Origin: Tilletiaria anomala UBC 951
Lineage: Eukaryota
Assembly: GCF_000711695.1 (NCBI RefSeq)
Contig: NW_013547019.1
Location: forward strand, 310,001 to 374,000
Reading direction: 5' to 3'
DNA: 64,000 nt
Shown: positions 49,594-62,033 of the stretch, piece by piece
Layout: each line of letters starts with the position of its first letter
How positions within the stretch are numbered: the stretch's first letter is position 1
The notes under the pieces: model-generated
The model's input: only the letters and a program-made list of their open reading frames with translations
Told to the model about the DNA's origin: nothing
Database searches by the model: none
Made by a program: the position numbers and the translations under genes

Positions 49594-52500
49594 TCACAGA
49601 CGGAAGATCCACATGAGCATGTACAGCAAGCTCCCGAAGGCGCGGACAGCCGCAAAGGCGGCCATGCTGTAGAAGACGACTGTCTGGTACGGGTTGATGA
49701 CGGGGCCGCGGTTGCCAGACTCCTTGTGCTTGCGGCGGATGTACGCATTAAACCAGCTGGACGTGAATATGAGGATGAGGGCAGCATTGGTGACGATCCA
49801 AGCGAGGAGGAAGTTGGTGCGGAAGTTGGCGTAGTGGTCCTGCTGCTTCTGGTCGGCGCTACGCTTCTGGTGCACTTCTGGCTTGGGCGTGGCGAGGTCG
49901 CGCTGCATTGAGCTCCACAGCTCCTCGGCCTCGCCCTGCGTCGTGGGTACCTTGACCTGTACGACCTCCTTGCCATCCTTCTTTTGCGTGGTCGCCTGTC
50001 CCAGATCGGTGTGCGCCTGGTCGCTGCCTTTGGTGCCCCACGAGACGTCATGCAGGTTTGACATGCTGTAGATGGCGAGGATGATGGTGTAAGACGGGAT
50101 GAGCAGCATGTATTGCAAAAAGCTGGTGAACATGTGCCACGGGTCGAGGAAGAGGATAGAGGCGACGAGCCAGAGGACTGCAATGGATCAAGCAAGCACA
50201 TAGGCCCATCCGGCATTCAGGTGAGCAGATCCGGAGGAAACAAGAAGCGGGCACAGCTGGAGCGCTCTTACAAAGGGAGAGACTCACTATACGTCGAACA
50301 GAGGGAGATGACAATGTCCCTGAATCCGCTGGTGAGGAAGAGCTGTTCGATGTTGGCGAGCGTCCAGTTCCTCAGGTTCGTGAGCCCGGCGGCGTTGAGG
50401 GCGAGGTAGGTGGTGAAGCCGGCGCAGTAGAGCGTGAGGCCCATGATGCATGCAAAGAGGATCATGACGCCGGTGTAAGCCAGCTTGCTGCCCTGTGGCC
50501 GGTTGCCGAGGGAGCAGACGAGACAGACAACCATGAGCGCGATGAAGATGTTCTCGACCGCCTCGAGCACCGCCGCGCCCTGCCCGCCGAACGGGTCCTG
50601 GGTCGGGTCGCTCGTCGCGCTCGAGACGAGGAAGAAGAACTGCGGGAGAGAGGCAAAGAGGGCATGGAGGAGGTGTCAGCTGCCGCCTGCGCCAGCGATG
50701 GACACGGAGTGCAATGCATACCGCCAAAAAGAAATTAGCGGGAGCGGTGTACGAGAATACGAGGCTGATGAGGTTGTAGATAGCCTGCAGCATTAGCGCG
50801 AGCTTGCGCAGAAATCCCTGGCCAGAAGACCAGATGCGGTACCAGTGCAGGACGGCGTAGATACTCGCGAAGAGCGAGCCGTTGAGCCACCGGCGGCGCT
50901 GTGCGATGAACTCAGGCACCTGCGCCGGCACGTCTGTCGATGCATGCGCGCTCTTGATGTAGCGCAGCGTCCAGGCTGGGGTGGTGTACGGGGATGGGTT
51001 AGGGCCAGTGGCAGCAGCGTCAGCGTCAACGTCGAGGCCACGATGCGGTGCCAAAGTGTACAAAACAGGACTCACCCTGCTGTCTCTTGGTGACGAGCTC
51101 AAAGCAGAGGATTCGGTCCTCTGCGAGGTACATGTTGCTCTCGAATGTGCCGGCGTGGACGCCGGCTGCGCCCGAGTGGAGCGCCTCGCCTTTAAAGTAG
51201 CTCTCGAGCGGCGCCCCGAGGACGGCTTTGTAGCGGTACGCGGAGAAGGCGCCGGGGAGAACGGAAATGTAGCCAAAGACGCTCTCGAGAGGCTTGTCGA
51301 GAATGTTGCTGACCTTGTACTCGAAATTCTGACTCGCAACGAGCGGGTTGAGCAGCTGCCACTGTCCCTTTCCTGCATCGACGCGGATCTCGCCGCAGGC
51401 GCCGCCGCAGGAGGGGTGCCTGTCGAAGGCCTTCCAAAGCTCGTAGAGCGACGTCCCGCTCGGTTTGGTGCCGACATCGAGCAGGATGCACACGTTAGGC
51501 TGCAGCTGCAGCGCAAACGCGTTGAAGAACCAGCGGTGTGAGTTGAGCTTTTTCTGGTTTTTCTCCTTGAGGCAGAAGATCAGCTGGATCGGACACGCGC
51601 CGACTGTGACAGTGCCGTCGGGTCCAACGACGACCTGCGTCGTGTATTCGAACACGTGCGCTGTCGTCGGCTTGTCGCTGACGTGGTCGAGCATGACCGC
51701 CTCGTTGTAGCAGCCGTACAGGCCGAGCACCTTGAGCGTGTCCGCGTTGGCCTTTTTGCGTCCGTCCGAGACGACGACGACGACGATCTGCAGGGTGGCG
51801 TACAGCGTGCAAGCAGGTGACGATGCTCATCAGCAAAAGCGGCGAGGATGGCGAGGCGAAGCGAAACGAAACGAATCTACGGCCCAACTCACCTTCTTCC
51901 ACGCATCCTGGCCCCATGTCTTGCTGCGGGTGCGCGAGCAGAGATGGGCGATGTTCTTGATGACGCCAGACATGGTGCGCGTGAAGAGAGTGGCGTCCTC
52001 GTTGTACATGGTCATACAGATCATCAGCTCCACTGGCGCACGGCCGTAGAGCCAGGGGCGGAGTGCATAGCGCTCGCGGACAAAGTCGTTCGGGTCGCAC
52101 GTGACGGCCATGTAGCGCATCCGGCTGAACTCGGCACCCTGGCCCGACTTGCTGATCGACGCGGGCACAGGGACTTCGAGGACGAGGTTACCGTTGGTCA
52201 GCTCAATGTGCCGGACGGTGCGCTTGCGCAGGAGACGCTCGCGCGTCGCCCCGTAGTCCGCCAGTGGCCTGCCGCTGCCAAATGCGCTGCTGGGGGCGGC
52301 AGCGGTGGCGATGAGAGCGCCTGGGGTGCCGAGCATGAAGGCCTCGTGGTTGTTCCATGCGGGCGTCGGGTCGTTCGGGTGCGGCATGTGCAGCGGGCCG
52401 GGACCGGAGAAGCCGGCGGGGGGAAGCTGCTGCTGCTGCCGCCATGATGGCGACATGGGCATCGGCGACGGCGCCCCAAAGGGCGACGGCGCATAAGGGT

Positions 52501-53011
52501 CCTGGTGCATCTCGATCGACTCGTAACCGGGCCCATACCCTGGGGCGCCGGGCGGCTGCTGGTGATGATGGTACGAAGAGGCGTCGTCGGGGTTAGGGTG
52601 CACCAAGTTGGCCTGGCTGCTCGAATACTGGTTGGCCATTTCGTGGTAGTCGTAGGGCGCGTCGTTGTACGGTGCAGGGCTGGATGAATGCACACCATGG
52701 CTGTACTGGGAGGAGTCGTGGTAACCCATCGCCGGGTTGGCCCACTGCTGCCTCTGCTGCTCGGCCAAGGCGGAGCGCGGCATGTCGAACCCTACTGAAG
52801 CTGCCGTGTTGAACCCGCCGGGCTGCTGTTGCTGTTGCTCGAACGGGTTGGCCTGTGAGGCATAGCCGCCGCCACCACCACCGCCGCCACCGCCGCTGCC
52901 CAGGGATGCTGTTGATTCGTCGACGGCTGCGCGCGAGGCGTGCTGCGACATTTGGCGCGACGGTTTGGTTGGCGTCGCGTGGAACATTGGTTGCTGTTGC
53001 TGCGATTGCAT
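49594..53011 (-). CDS. CHS: Chitin synthase, division 1 (class I/II-like, no myosin motor)
   Basis: [96 protein letters not shown]-rich N-terminus. Confidence 0.96.
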
Positions 53012-54254
53012 CCTGGGAGGACGAGGGGAGAGGGCTGACACGGCACTGCACTGTACAGCACAGCACGACTCTCACTCTCCGCTGCTGCCACACACGTCGC
53101 TGTGCAGCCAGCCTCTCTGGGCCACCTGAAATGCGCTGAGTATTCGGCAGCGAGGAGATGAGATGAAATGAAATGAAGTGGGATTGGCTCGAGCTGGCAC
53201 ACATACATCAAATGCCAGCAGCAGAGCACTGCAGCAGTGCCTGGATGCGGGAAGCACGTGGAGCGCGCCGCGCCCGTGCTCTGCCGCCCTGGTGCCTGAG
53301 TGAAATACGCAAAATGGCAAACAGCAATAACAAAGGAAACACTGTCTCTCGCGCTGCAGTCCTGTCCACAGCACACAAAGGGCCTCCCAGAGTGTTGCAC
53401 ATGATAGTAGGGTTCTGTAATGTGACAGGTTGCGTGGTCAGGCACACTCACCATCAGCACCCCACGCGACACGTCTCTCGATGCTGACCACATGGGAAAG
53501 GTGCCAACGCACGGCAACGAACATCAGCATGCGTGCTGGTCCCGCTTGGCGATGGGCCACTGGCCAGCGACAGGGAACGCTCGCCCTTGCGCCACATCGC
53601 ACGGCCATCTAGCCTGGTCAGCTTTGGGCTCGACGGAGGTCCGCTGCAGTCTCCCGCTGCCACCCGCCGTCGCATCCTTGGCAATCGACGCCCCAGCGCT
53701 CGCATCCAACTGGCGCACCATCTTCGTAGACAGCGATGAGCCGCGGTGGTGGCGGTGGCAGCAGCGAAGCATAGAACAAGTGAGGCCCGCGCTCATCCTT
53801 CAGTGTTCAGTACTCTGTTTCCCGGCTGGGGCAAGCCCATAGCGTACATCCTTGTCGGCAGGGAAAGCCAAACCCAGATGCGCAAAGACGAATGAATGCA
53901 AAGGGGTTTGGCCTTTGAAGAGAGTTTGCGATGGACCTAGAAATACAATGATCACGGACGTCTCAAAGACGAGAAAGGGGTACTTGCCTGCCCTGCTTTC
54001 TTATTTTTCCTCCTTCTGCGTCCCTCTCCCTTCCCTCTATCACTCCTGCCACGCGCCGCTCTGCAGCACGGTCGGGAGCAAGCCTCCGTCGTGCGCCTTG
54101 ACTCTCGGCCGCCGCGCTTCCCTGCGCCACGCCGGGACGAAACCCACACATGCGCGGCCCGTGCGTGCGTGCGGGCTTGCCAGCAAAGGGGGGGAGGGTG
54201 GTGGGGGGAGAGGCGCGCGTGTTCGCATGCCCAGACATACGACCGTGCTGGAAT

Positions 54255-54981
54255 TCAATCGTGGATGAGCTCCTGCACACTCCAGTCCTCGTAGCTGCCG
54301 TCGGGCAGGTACCTCCGCACGATCAGCGGGATCTTGTCTGCCTTGAGCTCCTTCATCGCGATCGCCAGCGGGTCCGTCTCGCCCTCGATCGCGACGAGCA
54401 CCGGCGCGTTCATGCTGCGCGCATGAAGCCATCCCGGCGCGCAAGTCATCGATCGGCAACGACACGGGGCACAAGCGCGCACAAAGAGAGGGACGGGAAA
54501 CACAAAGGTCACGTCATGTAAGCACACTTCGGCCGAAAGAATGGCCAGAAGGGGAGCGGAGTGGACCGACTCGAACCACGCACCTGATCTGCAGCGCCCT
54601 CGTCCCCAAGATCCGCGCGCGCTCGTATTTGGTCATGTACGGCGTCGTCATGCGCTGCTCGCTCGGCACCTTGCGCCCCTCCTGCCCGTCTTCTCCGAGG
54701 GGTTGGCCAGAATGCACGACGTTGCTCCCGTTCGCGCCGCCGCCATCCGCCGGATTGAACGCCGCGTCGTCCAGCTGCTCCTGCTCATCCAGCAGGTCGC
54801 CATCGTCGCCATCGTCGATCCTGTCGTCGTGTCGCGTGTCAGAAAGGAGGGGGGGAGGAGATGCATGCGGGTGAGATGGTAAATTCGAATCCGCACGACA
54901 GTACACGCCCTAGCTCTCCTTCGGTGCTGCTTACATGGTATCGTCCATCCCCCCCTCGTAATCACCTTCATTGTCCGCCAT
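54255..54981 (-). CDS. RPB6: RNA polymerase I/II/III common subunit RPB6
   Basis: Acidic N-terminus, [29 protein letters not shown]...[31 protein letters not shown]; 2 introns. Confidence 0.97.
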
Positions 54982-55653
54982 TTTCACTGTGCCTACTCCG
55001 CCTCTTCTGCTTGTCTCGCTGCTGCCAATTGCAGAGCTCTTGTCTGTTCACGCCACCTGTGTCGGTGACCAGTCTGCAGGCGGGGGGATCGAGGACAGAA
55101 CAGCACTTCTGCGCGTCCTTCAGAGCTATGCCTGGGATCACAGCGGGCTGGCGGATCGGCTTGCTGCAAGAAGATGCCTGATAATGTGATCCTGCGACAG
55201 CTCTACTCTGGAGCCTGGAGTTGCAGAAGCTGAGGACCGTTGTGCTACAATTGTGCTTTTTCTGGCCTTAACCCTTGCATCTGCTTGTTCAATGCTCTTC
55301 GCTCATCGAATAAATCCAACTTCTGCAGCGGAATCGGCGACTTTTCTCCCGGGCGAAGCAACTTCTTTCTTTTTCTTGGGCACTTCCTCGGGAAAAAAAG
55401 AAAGCAAAAAAAATGCTTGCGCTGCATCTCGTCATCCGTCATGATGCTCGCCTGATGGAAGCTTGAGCCTTTATGAGACCCCCTCTCACATAGTCCATAA
55501 CTTCTTCACTGCGACCATAGACCCACCGCCGGCAGCTGGACGGAACACTTGTGTGGGAGACTTGCGAGTCTGTGGCAAAGAAGGGAGCGCTGGAGCGCGT
55601 TCATCGACCACCAAGACAGTACGGCTCTCTGACGCTCACATGCTGCTCGTGTG

Positions 55654-58029
55654 ATGCCCGCCCGGCTTGGGGTCCACCGCTCGTCTTCTGCACTGCATGC
55701 ATTCAAGCTTGTAAATGAAATAGGTGGCCGCGCGAATTTTCTGCATCTGCCATTCCGATTCGCTACCAACACCCCGCGAAACTACACACAGAGCAAGAGC
55801 CAGAGCAGGACACACGTAGCGCGCAGGATGGACGCCGTCGCTCGTTTCGATGGCTGGAGCCACGAAGCGCTCGTCGATCGCATCGTCGCACTCGAAAGCG
55901 CCGTCAGCCGGGAAAACGCGAGACGTAGCTGGGGCGCGAGCGTTGCTGGAGCTGGACTTTGCGTCCCGAACGGACAAGGATCTTCACGACCGTCCGCTCT
56001 TTTGAATTCCGAGCCAAATCCAGAGCAGGAGCAGTCGCAACGCAAGCCAAAAGCGGCCGCCAAAGTGCGAGAGTTCGACGTCACATCTCAGCCGTGTCGC
56101 AAAATTGCCCTCCGCTTTAGCTATGACGGTGCGCCATATGCAGGTCTGGCGGCGCAGTCCACTTTTGGGGACGACCCTGCGCCTGCAGCTTCTGCGCTCG
56201 CGTATGCGTGCAGATCTGCTGATGCCGACGGCGCCGATGCACGCGCCAGCACACTCATGTCCACTTCCCTCCCAACGGTCGAGGGACAGCTCTGGCGCGC
56301 CCTCTGCGAAGCACGCCTCGTCGACCCCGTGGGAGGCATGGAAGGAGCAGGGTGGACACGCTGCGGGCGTACAGATCGCGGCGTCAGCGCTGCAGGCCAA
56401 GTCGTGAGTCTGTGGGTGCGCAGTCGCAGGGTGGACCAGTGGGCACAGCGACAAGAGCAGAGGGGAGTATTCCTGCGCAAGAGCGGAAGAGACGAGGAGG
56501 TGACGCAGCTGCAAGAAGAGCGCAGTGTAGAGACAGAAGAAGCACCGTTCGTGCCTGCGAACGAAGAGCTACCGTATGTGGCAACGCTCAACCGTCTACT
56601 GCCACCGACGATCCGGATACAAGCCTGGTCGCCCGTCCGTCCGGACTTCTCCGCACGCTTCGATTGCCGCTATCGGCACTACAAGTACTTCTTCACATCC
56701 GGTGCACCGCGCGCGCTGCAGTCGCTCCACCCAGATGGCGCCGCGGCGCCCGGATGGAACCATGCGGGCGCACAACTGGACATTGATGCGATGCGCGATG
56801 CAGCATGTCGCCTCCTGGGAGAGCATGACTTCCGCAATCTGTGCAAGATCGATAGTAGCAAGCAGATCGACAATTTTCGGCGCAGGATTGATGGTGTCAG
56901 CGTCGATGTGGTCGAGCCTGGCTGGCCAGCACGCACGGTGCAGCAGCAGCTAAATCGCTCCGAAGGATCACCACCTTCTGTTTGTCTTGACGCCATCGCC
57001 CAGGGCCAGGAAGAGCGCATGTACGTCCTCAACTTGCGTGGAACCGCCTTTCTGTACCACCAAGTGCGTCACATCGTTGCGGTTCTCTTTATGGTTGGCG
57101 CGCGCCTCGAGTCACCCAGTGTAGTCGACGAGCTACTCAACGTTCATTCAGGCGCCCTTGTTGCCGATCGTCTCGCCTTGCGAGCGAGGGCGATACGCAC
57201 AGGCGTAGACGCTCCGCCAGATAGCCCATCGCGCTGGACACTACCTAATTCCACAGCGACAGGCATGCAGGGCAAAACCGCAGCTGATGTACAGCGTGAC
57301 GTGCTCGCCAGCGCTGGCGCTGACACGAGTACAGAGACGGCCGTATCCGACAAAGATGTGCAGGAGGTTTCGGAAGCCTATCAACACCTTGCCGTCCTGG
57401 AAAGCAAGCCAGTGTACGAGATGGCCGCAGACCGGCCGTTGGTGCTCTGGGACTGCGGCTTCAAGCCCGAGGACATACAATGGCGTGCTGGGGCCTGCGA
57501 CGAGCCGCTATCACCGCGCCCGACGTCGACGACGATAGGAGGTGATCCGGGTGGAGGCACGGACATCGTAAAGGCCATTGCGCAGAGCTGTGACAGGACA
57601 GCAGCGACGACGACAATGCACCTGCACTCGCAATGGGCCAAGGCTGCTATCCAAGCCGAGCTGAAGCGCCACTTTGTGCTCGCCGCGCCGTCGTCGGCCA
57701 GCGGCGGCGTCCTGCCCGCCAGTACGCTGTTTGGCGACGCGCGCTTTCCTGTGCTTGCGCCGCCGGCCGTCGACGACGTGCCCATGGAGGGAAAGAGGCA
57801 CGAGCAGCGACGCATCGCGCTGCCGCTCGGCAACGGCACGTCGCGCAGCGGGAGCCCGGGCTACAGGCCACTGCGGCTGCGCAAGCGGGACGAGACGGCG
57901 GCGGAGAAGAACGAGCGGTGGCTGAACGGCAAGGGCAAGCGCCGAGCGGACGCGCGCGGCGTCACGGCTCTCGAGCTCGCGAAGGGATATAGTGGTGGCA
58001 AGCGCAGACAGGAGCAGGATGTAGAGTAG
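55654..58029 (+). CDS. DEG1: tRNA pseudouridine 38/39 synthase (TruA family, Deg1/Pus3)
   Basis: RKIALRFSYDG, catalytic CGRTDRGVSA, LNRLLPPTIRI, FSARFDCRYRHYKYFF, GEHDFRNLCKID, GTAFLYHQVRHIVAVLF, YEMAADRPLVLWDC. Alternative start at 55828. Confidence 0.93.
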   Translation: MPARLGVHRSSSALHAFKLVNEIGGRANFLHLPFRFATNTPRNYTQSKSQSRTHVARRMDAVARFDGWSHEALVDRIVALESAVSRENARRSWGASVAGAGLCVPNGQGSSRPSALLNSEPNPEQEQSQRKPKAAAKVREFDVTSQPCRKIALRFSYDGAPYAGLAAQSTFGDDPAPAASALAYACRSADADGADARASTLMSTSLPTVEGQLWRALCEARLVDPVGGMEGAGWTRCGRTDRGVSAAGQVVSLWVRSRRVDQWAQRQEQRGVFLRKSGRDEEVTQLQEERSVETEEAPFVPANEELPYVATLNRLLPPTIRIQAWSPVRPDFSARFDCRYRHYKYFFTSGAPRALQSLHPDGAAAPGWNHAGAQLDIDAMRDAACRLLGEHDFRNLCKIDSSKQIDNFRRRIDGVSVDVVEPGWPARTVQQQLNRSEGSPPSVCLDAIAQGQEERMYVLNLRGTAFLYHQVRHIVAVLFMVGARLESPSVVDELLNVHSGALVADRLALRARAIRTGVDAPPDSPSRWTLPNSTATGMQGKTAADVQRDVLASAGADTSTETAVSDKDVQEVSEAYQHLAVLESKPVYEMAADRPLVLWDCGFKPEDIQWRAGACDEPLSPRPTSTTIGGDPGGGTDIVKAIAQSCDRTAATTTMHLHSQWAKAAIQAELKRHFVLAAPSSASGGVLPASTLFGDARFPVLAPPAVDDVPMEGKRHEQRRIALPLGNGTSRSGSPGYRPLRLRKRDETAAEKNERWLNGKGKRRADARGVTALELAKGYSGGKRRQEQDVE

Positions 58030-58378
58030 AAAGCTGAAATGCTCAAAGACTAAATGCAAAGCGCGATGCGCCGAGCACAACAACACAAACCCAGGCAAGC
58101 ATCTCCAATTTAGAGTGAGCCTATTGCAAAGCAGTCGATCGTTGTAAAATGCATAGTCCATTTTAACGCCACGGCAAAAAAGCGCACTAGAATACAACCA
58201 AGAAAGCCAGCCAGCGTACAGCCGAGCGAGAGAGCAGGAAATCACAGATAACACGGATGGATGATTGTTGCGTGTGAGCAGACACAGAGACAGACAGGCG
58301 GAATGCATGACCCGTTTTGCGTGACGAACATAGAAGAGTCTGCCGAGAAGACCGACCATACTGGGACTTGGGTTGGGA

Positions 58379-61300
58379 TCAGACGGCGGCATGCGTGTGC
58401 GGGTACGCGTGCGGATGGGTGAGGGAGTGAACGTGGGAAGCGCGATGGCCCGGCGAGTAGTCGACGTCGTTGAGGAGCTGCGAGATGGCAAGCAGGCGTT
58501 GCGGCTGCGACTGGCGGTCCGCGGCAGAGGTCACGCAGCCCTCGCTACTGAGCGAGCGCCGCGAACCCAAACCGGTGAGCGAGGCGAGCGATGGTAGTGT
58601 TGGGTACGCACTTGCGCTCGCTGAGGAGGATAAGGCGGAAGCGGAGCTCGGCGACGAGACCGGCGTCTTGCAATGACCAGTCTGCAAATCGCTCCTGACG
58701 ACCCGTTCGTCGTTCTCGCCCTCATCCTCGTCCATGCGCTCCGCGTCGTGCTCGGCGCCGTCGATGGTAACATGCGCAGCGGTTTCAACGTCGTTGTCAC
58801 CGTCGGCGTCGCCCTGCGCAGCGTCGCATTCCTCCCTGCTGTTGCCCACGTTGCGCAGAGGCGGCAGCGTGTTGTCCTGTTGCGCAAGGAGCGCTGCGTC
58901 GGCCGCAGCGCGTTTGGGAAAGTTGATCGCAACAAGCATCTGCTTGATGAGCTCGATGTGGCGCAGCAGAACGCCTGGCGGCACCAAGTCGGCAGCGGCG
59001 CGGGCGCCGTGCGCGCGGATCGTCTCTGCGCTGCTGCGCCGCCCACGCGCGAAGCCGAGCCCATCGATGCGCGCAACATCGTCGGCGATACAGTCGAGAG
59101 TCAAGCTGCGCGAAGGCGCGCGGTGCACATGCTGCTTATGGTCATGAGCGGCTGCTACGCTGGGCGAAGTGCTGTCGGCGGTGCTGGTACTGGTCGTGGT
59201 GGAGGACGACGAGGACGAGCGCTCCGATGCGGGCTCGCTGAGATCGCGCGGCGCGTGGCGGTAGCCGTAGTAGCGCGCGATGCTGGTGCTGGGGCTGGTG
59301 CTTCGGTCGGGGCCAGGACAGGGACCGGGCGCAGCGGAAAGCAACGATGAGATACCAAGAACAGGCCTACTGCCGTTGCCGTTGTCTGCATCGACATCCT
59401 GCATCTCTGAGTCTGAATCGAGCTCGTCGATCTCCTCGTCCTCCTCCAGCACAACATCCTTGCGTTTGATAACGCTCCTGTGGGGGCTCCTGCTGCCCAC
59501 CTTGTCATCGCCATCCTCCTGCTCCTGCACCACTTCGTCTGGATCCGACTTGACGTCGCGCACAGCCGAGGCGTTGACCTTGTGCCGTATCATCATCATC
59601 GTCATTGTCGACGACGGCGCGGCTCGCATGAGCGGCTCGACCTTGACAAAGCTCGCTTGGCTCATGTCGATGGGAGCGACCTGCGGCATGGCGGGCGCGC
59701 CGCGTGCACCAATGCCGCCGCTGCCGGCAGCGCGCAGGTTGTCAAATGAGTACATGCTGCCGCCGTTACTCGCGCCCGCGCTCGCTGCTGACAACGAACG
59801 AGCGTGAGGCTGGCCAGGCAGGGACGGGTACAGCGACGCGTGTTGCGGTGCATTTTGCGCGAGCGATGCCGAGACGTCCGACAGGCGCATGCTGAAGCCG
59901 TGCGGGTGCGATGGTAGGCTTCCGCTGCCGCCGCCTGCTGCTGCTGCCGCGGCCGACGCGCGAGCCGGCAACGGTGCGACGGGGCGCTTGCCGATCGCGC
60001 CGAGGTCGAGCGAGGGATAGATGTGCGTCTGGTGCTGGTGCTGCACCGCGACAGCGTCAGCGTCGTCCTCGCCCTCGTGCGTGCTATGTGGCCCCGTGGC
60101 CCACGGGACGCCGCCGTTGCCGGCGCCGTTGGAGGAGATGAAAGCGTCGAGCAGACCGTCGTCGAAGCCGGGTATACCGGTGAGGCCGGCGCTGTGCAGG
60201 CTGGAAAAGCTGAATGGAGAGTCGGCGCTGGCGCTACTGCCGGGTCCGCCAGCGCACGAGGGCGAGGAGGACGCGAGCGTCGGCGGGCCGCTCGAAGCGC
60301 CAGTTCCACTGCCCATGCTGTCGTTCGACGAGGCGGCCGACGTGTGTGAGTGCGTGCTGTGCCCACTATAGCTGTCAAGGCTGTAGTTAGAGGGCGAAGG
60401 CGAGGCGCCGGTGCTGTTCGAAGACGCTACTGTCGTCGGCGGTAGGTACGCATTATAGGGGGCCTCGGAGGGCGGCGTCATGTCCGGCTCCGACCGCTGC
60501 TGCTGTTGCTGACTGCCGAGCGCCTTGACTGCGCTTGCACCAAGCTGCAGCAAGAATGCGTTGAGCTCAGCAAGGTTGACAGACGGCTGCTGCTGCTGCT
60601 GCTGTTCATGCTGCTGTTGTGCAGCAATTCCAGCTGCGTATGCCGCGCGGGCCGCCTGCTCTTGTTGCTGCTGATGTGCCACAGGGTTGATGGCGGAGAG
60701 GAGAGCTGCGAGCGCGCTCGGGTCGAGTGCGCCACTGCTGAATGCGTAGCTGAGCCGCTCGGCCATGTCTATGCAGAGAGGCAACGCAAAGGTCAGCACA
60801 ACACGAACCGGAAAAGAAAAAAGGAGACGAAGAAGACAGGTACGTACCTTGGTCGTACGTAGGATTGAGGCAACGCCGGCGGACATCGCCGATAAAGTCG
60901 TTGATGGCGGCAGCCTCGCGGTCGCGCTTGCCAAGCACGCCTGTCCTGCCGTGCGCGAGGTACGAATACGAGTTGGGGTCTGTCATGCTGGGACCGCCTG
61001 CGCCGTGCGGGCTGTGATGCGCTGCATGAGGGAAGTGGTGGTATTGGTGGTAGTACGAACCGCCGCCGCCACTTCCATGGCTGGGCTTGCCAATGAGCGC
61101 ATGGTAGCTGGGTGCGGACGTTGCCGATGCCGCTGCTGCATTCGACGACGATGACGATGGTGCGGACAAGGAGCGGTCGTAGCCGGTGGAAGAGTAGAGC
61201 GCTTCGGGACGGTGAAAGCCAAAGCCGGGTGGAGCATGAGGCGAGGAGGCATGAGTGTGGGCATAGGCGTGCTGCGGCGCAGCGCCGGCTGCGGCTGCTG

Positions 61301-62033
61301 CGGCAGCATAAGCAGCCGCTGACGGTCCGGCGACGGCGCTGGACGGTGGATGCGCACCGTAGTACCCATGGTGGAGGGTGGTTTGCGGAAGTGGGTGAGC
61401 GTGTGGGTGTACGCCAAGGGCTGCAGCATGGGCTGCTGCTGCGGCGGCGGCGGCGTTCTGGGCATGAGCGTGTGCGGCGGCATGGGAGCGGGCTGCTTGG
61501 CGTTCCTGCTGCTCTGCCTGATGTGCCTCGGTGTGGATGCGCTCGTGCTTTTTGAGGTCCTGGGGTCGCTTGAACGTCTTGCCGCACGAATCGCACGAGT
61601 GCGGCTTGAGGGGCGTGTGGACGCGGAGGTGGGAGGTGATGTGGTCGCGCTTGGCGCAGCTGACGTCGCAGGCCTCCCATTTGCAAGTGAGGCAGAGGTT
61701 GTTGGTGCTCTTGCGTCCGACGTGATCGTTGCACAGATGGTAGTACAGGTCCTCTGGGTCATTGTACGTCAGGGTACAGTCCTCCCAGCGGCAGTTAATG
61801 ACCTTTGGCGGGCGCTTGCTGGCCATACTGGGGGGTGTGGTGGAGGTCGTGGCGGCGGCGGTGGTCATGCTGCCTCCTGCTGCTGAAGCGGCGGGGGAAG
61901 CGATGGCGGCATGGGTGTCACCGGCGGCGTGGCTGCCAGCAGGTGAGGATGCTGGCGGAGACGATGATGACGCCGTGGTGGTGGTGGTAGGGGTGGTCAT
62001 CGCTGGCAGGGGTGTCATTGTTGCTGCTGCCAT
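58379..62033 (-). CDS. pacC: pH-responsive C2H2 transcription factor PacC/Rim101
   Basis: Three fingers CRWEDC...[27 protein letters not shown]...[40 protein letters not shown]. One intron (~60848-60769). Three YPxL motifs downstream. Confidence 0.96.

Noticed and set aside
54881..54900. TTCGAATCC T-loop-like sequence in RPB6 intron 1
   Set aside because: No cloverleaf or A-box context; not a tRNA.
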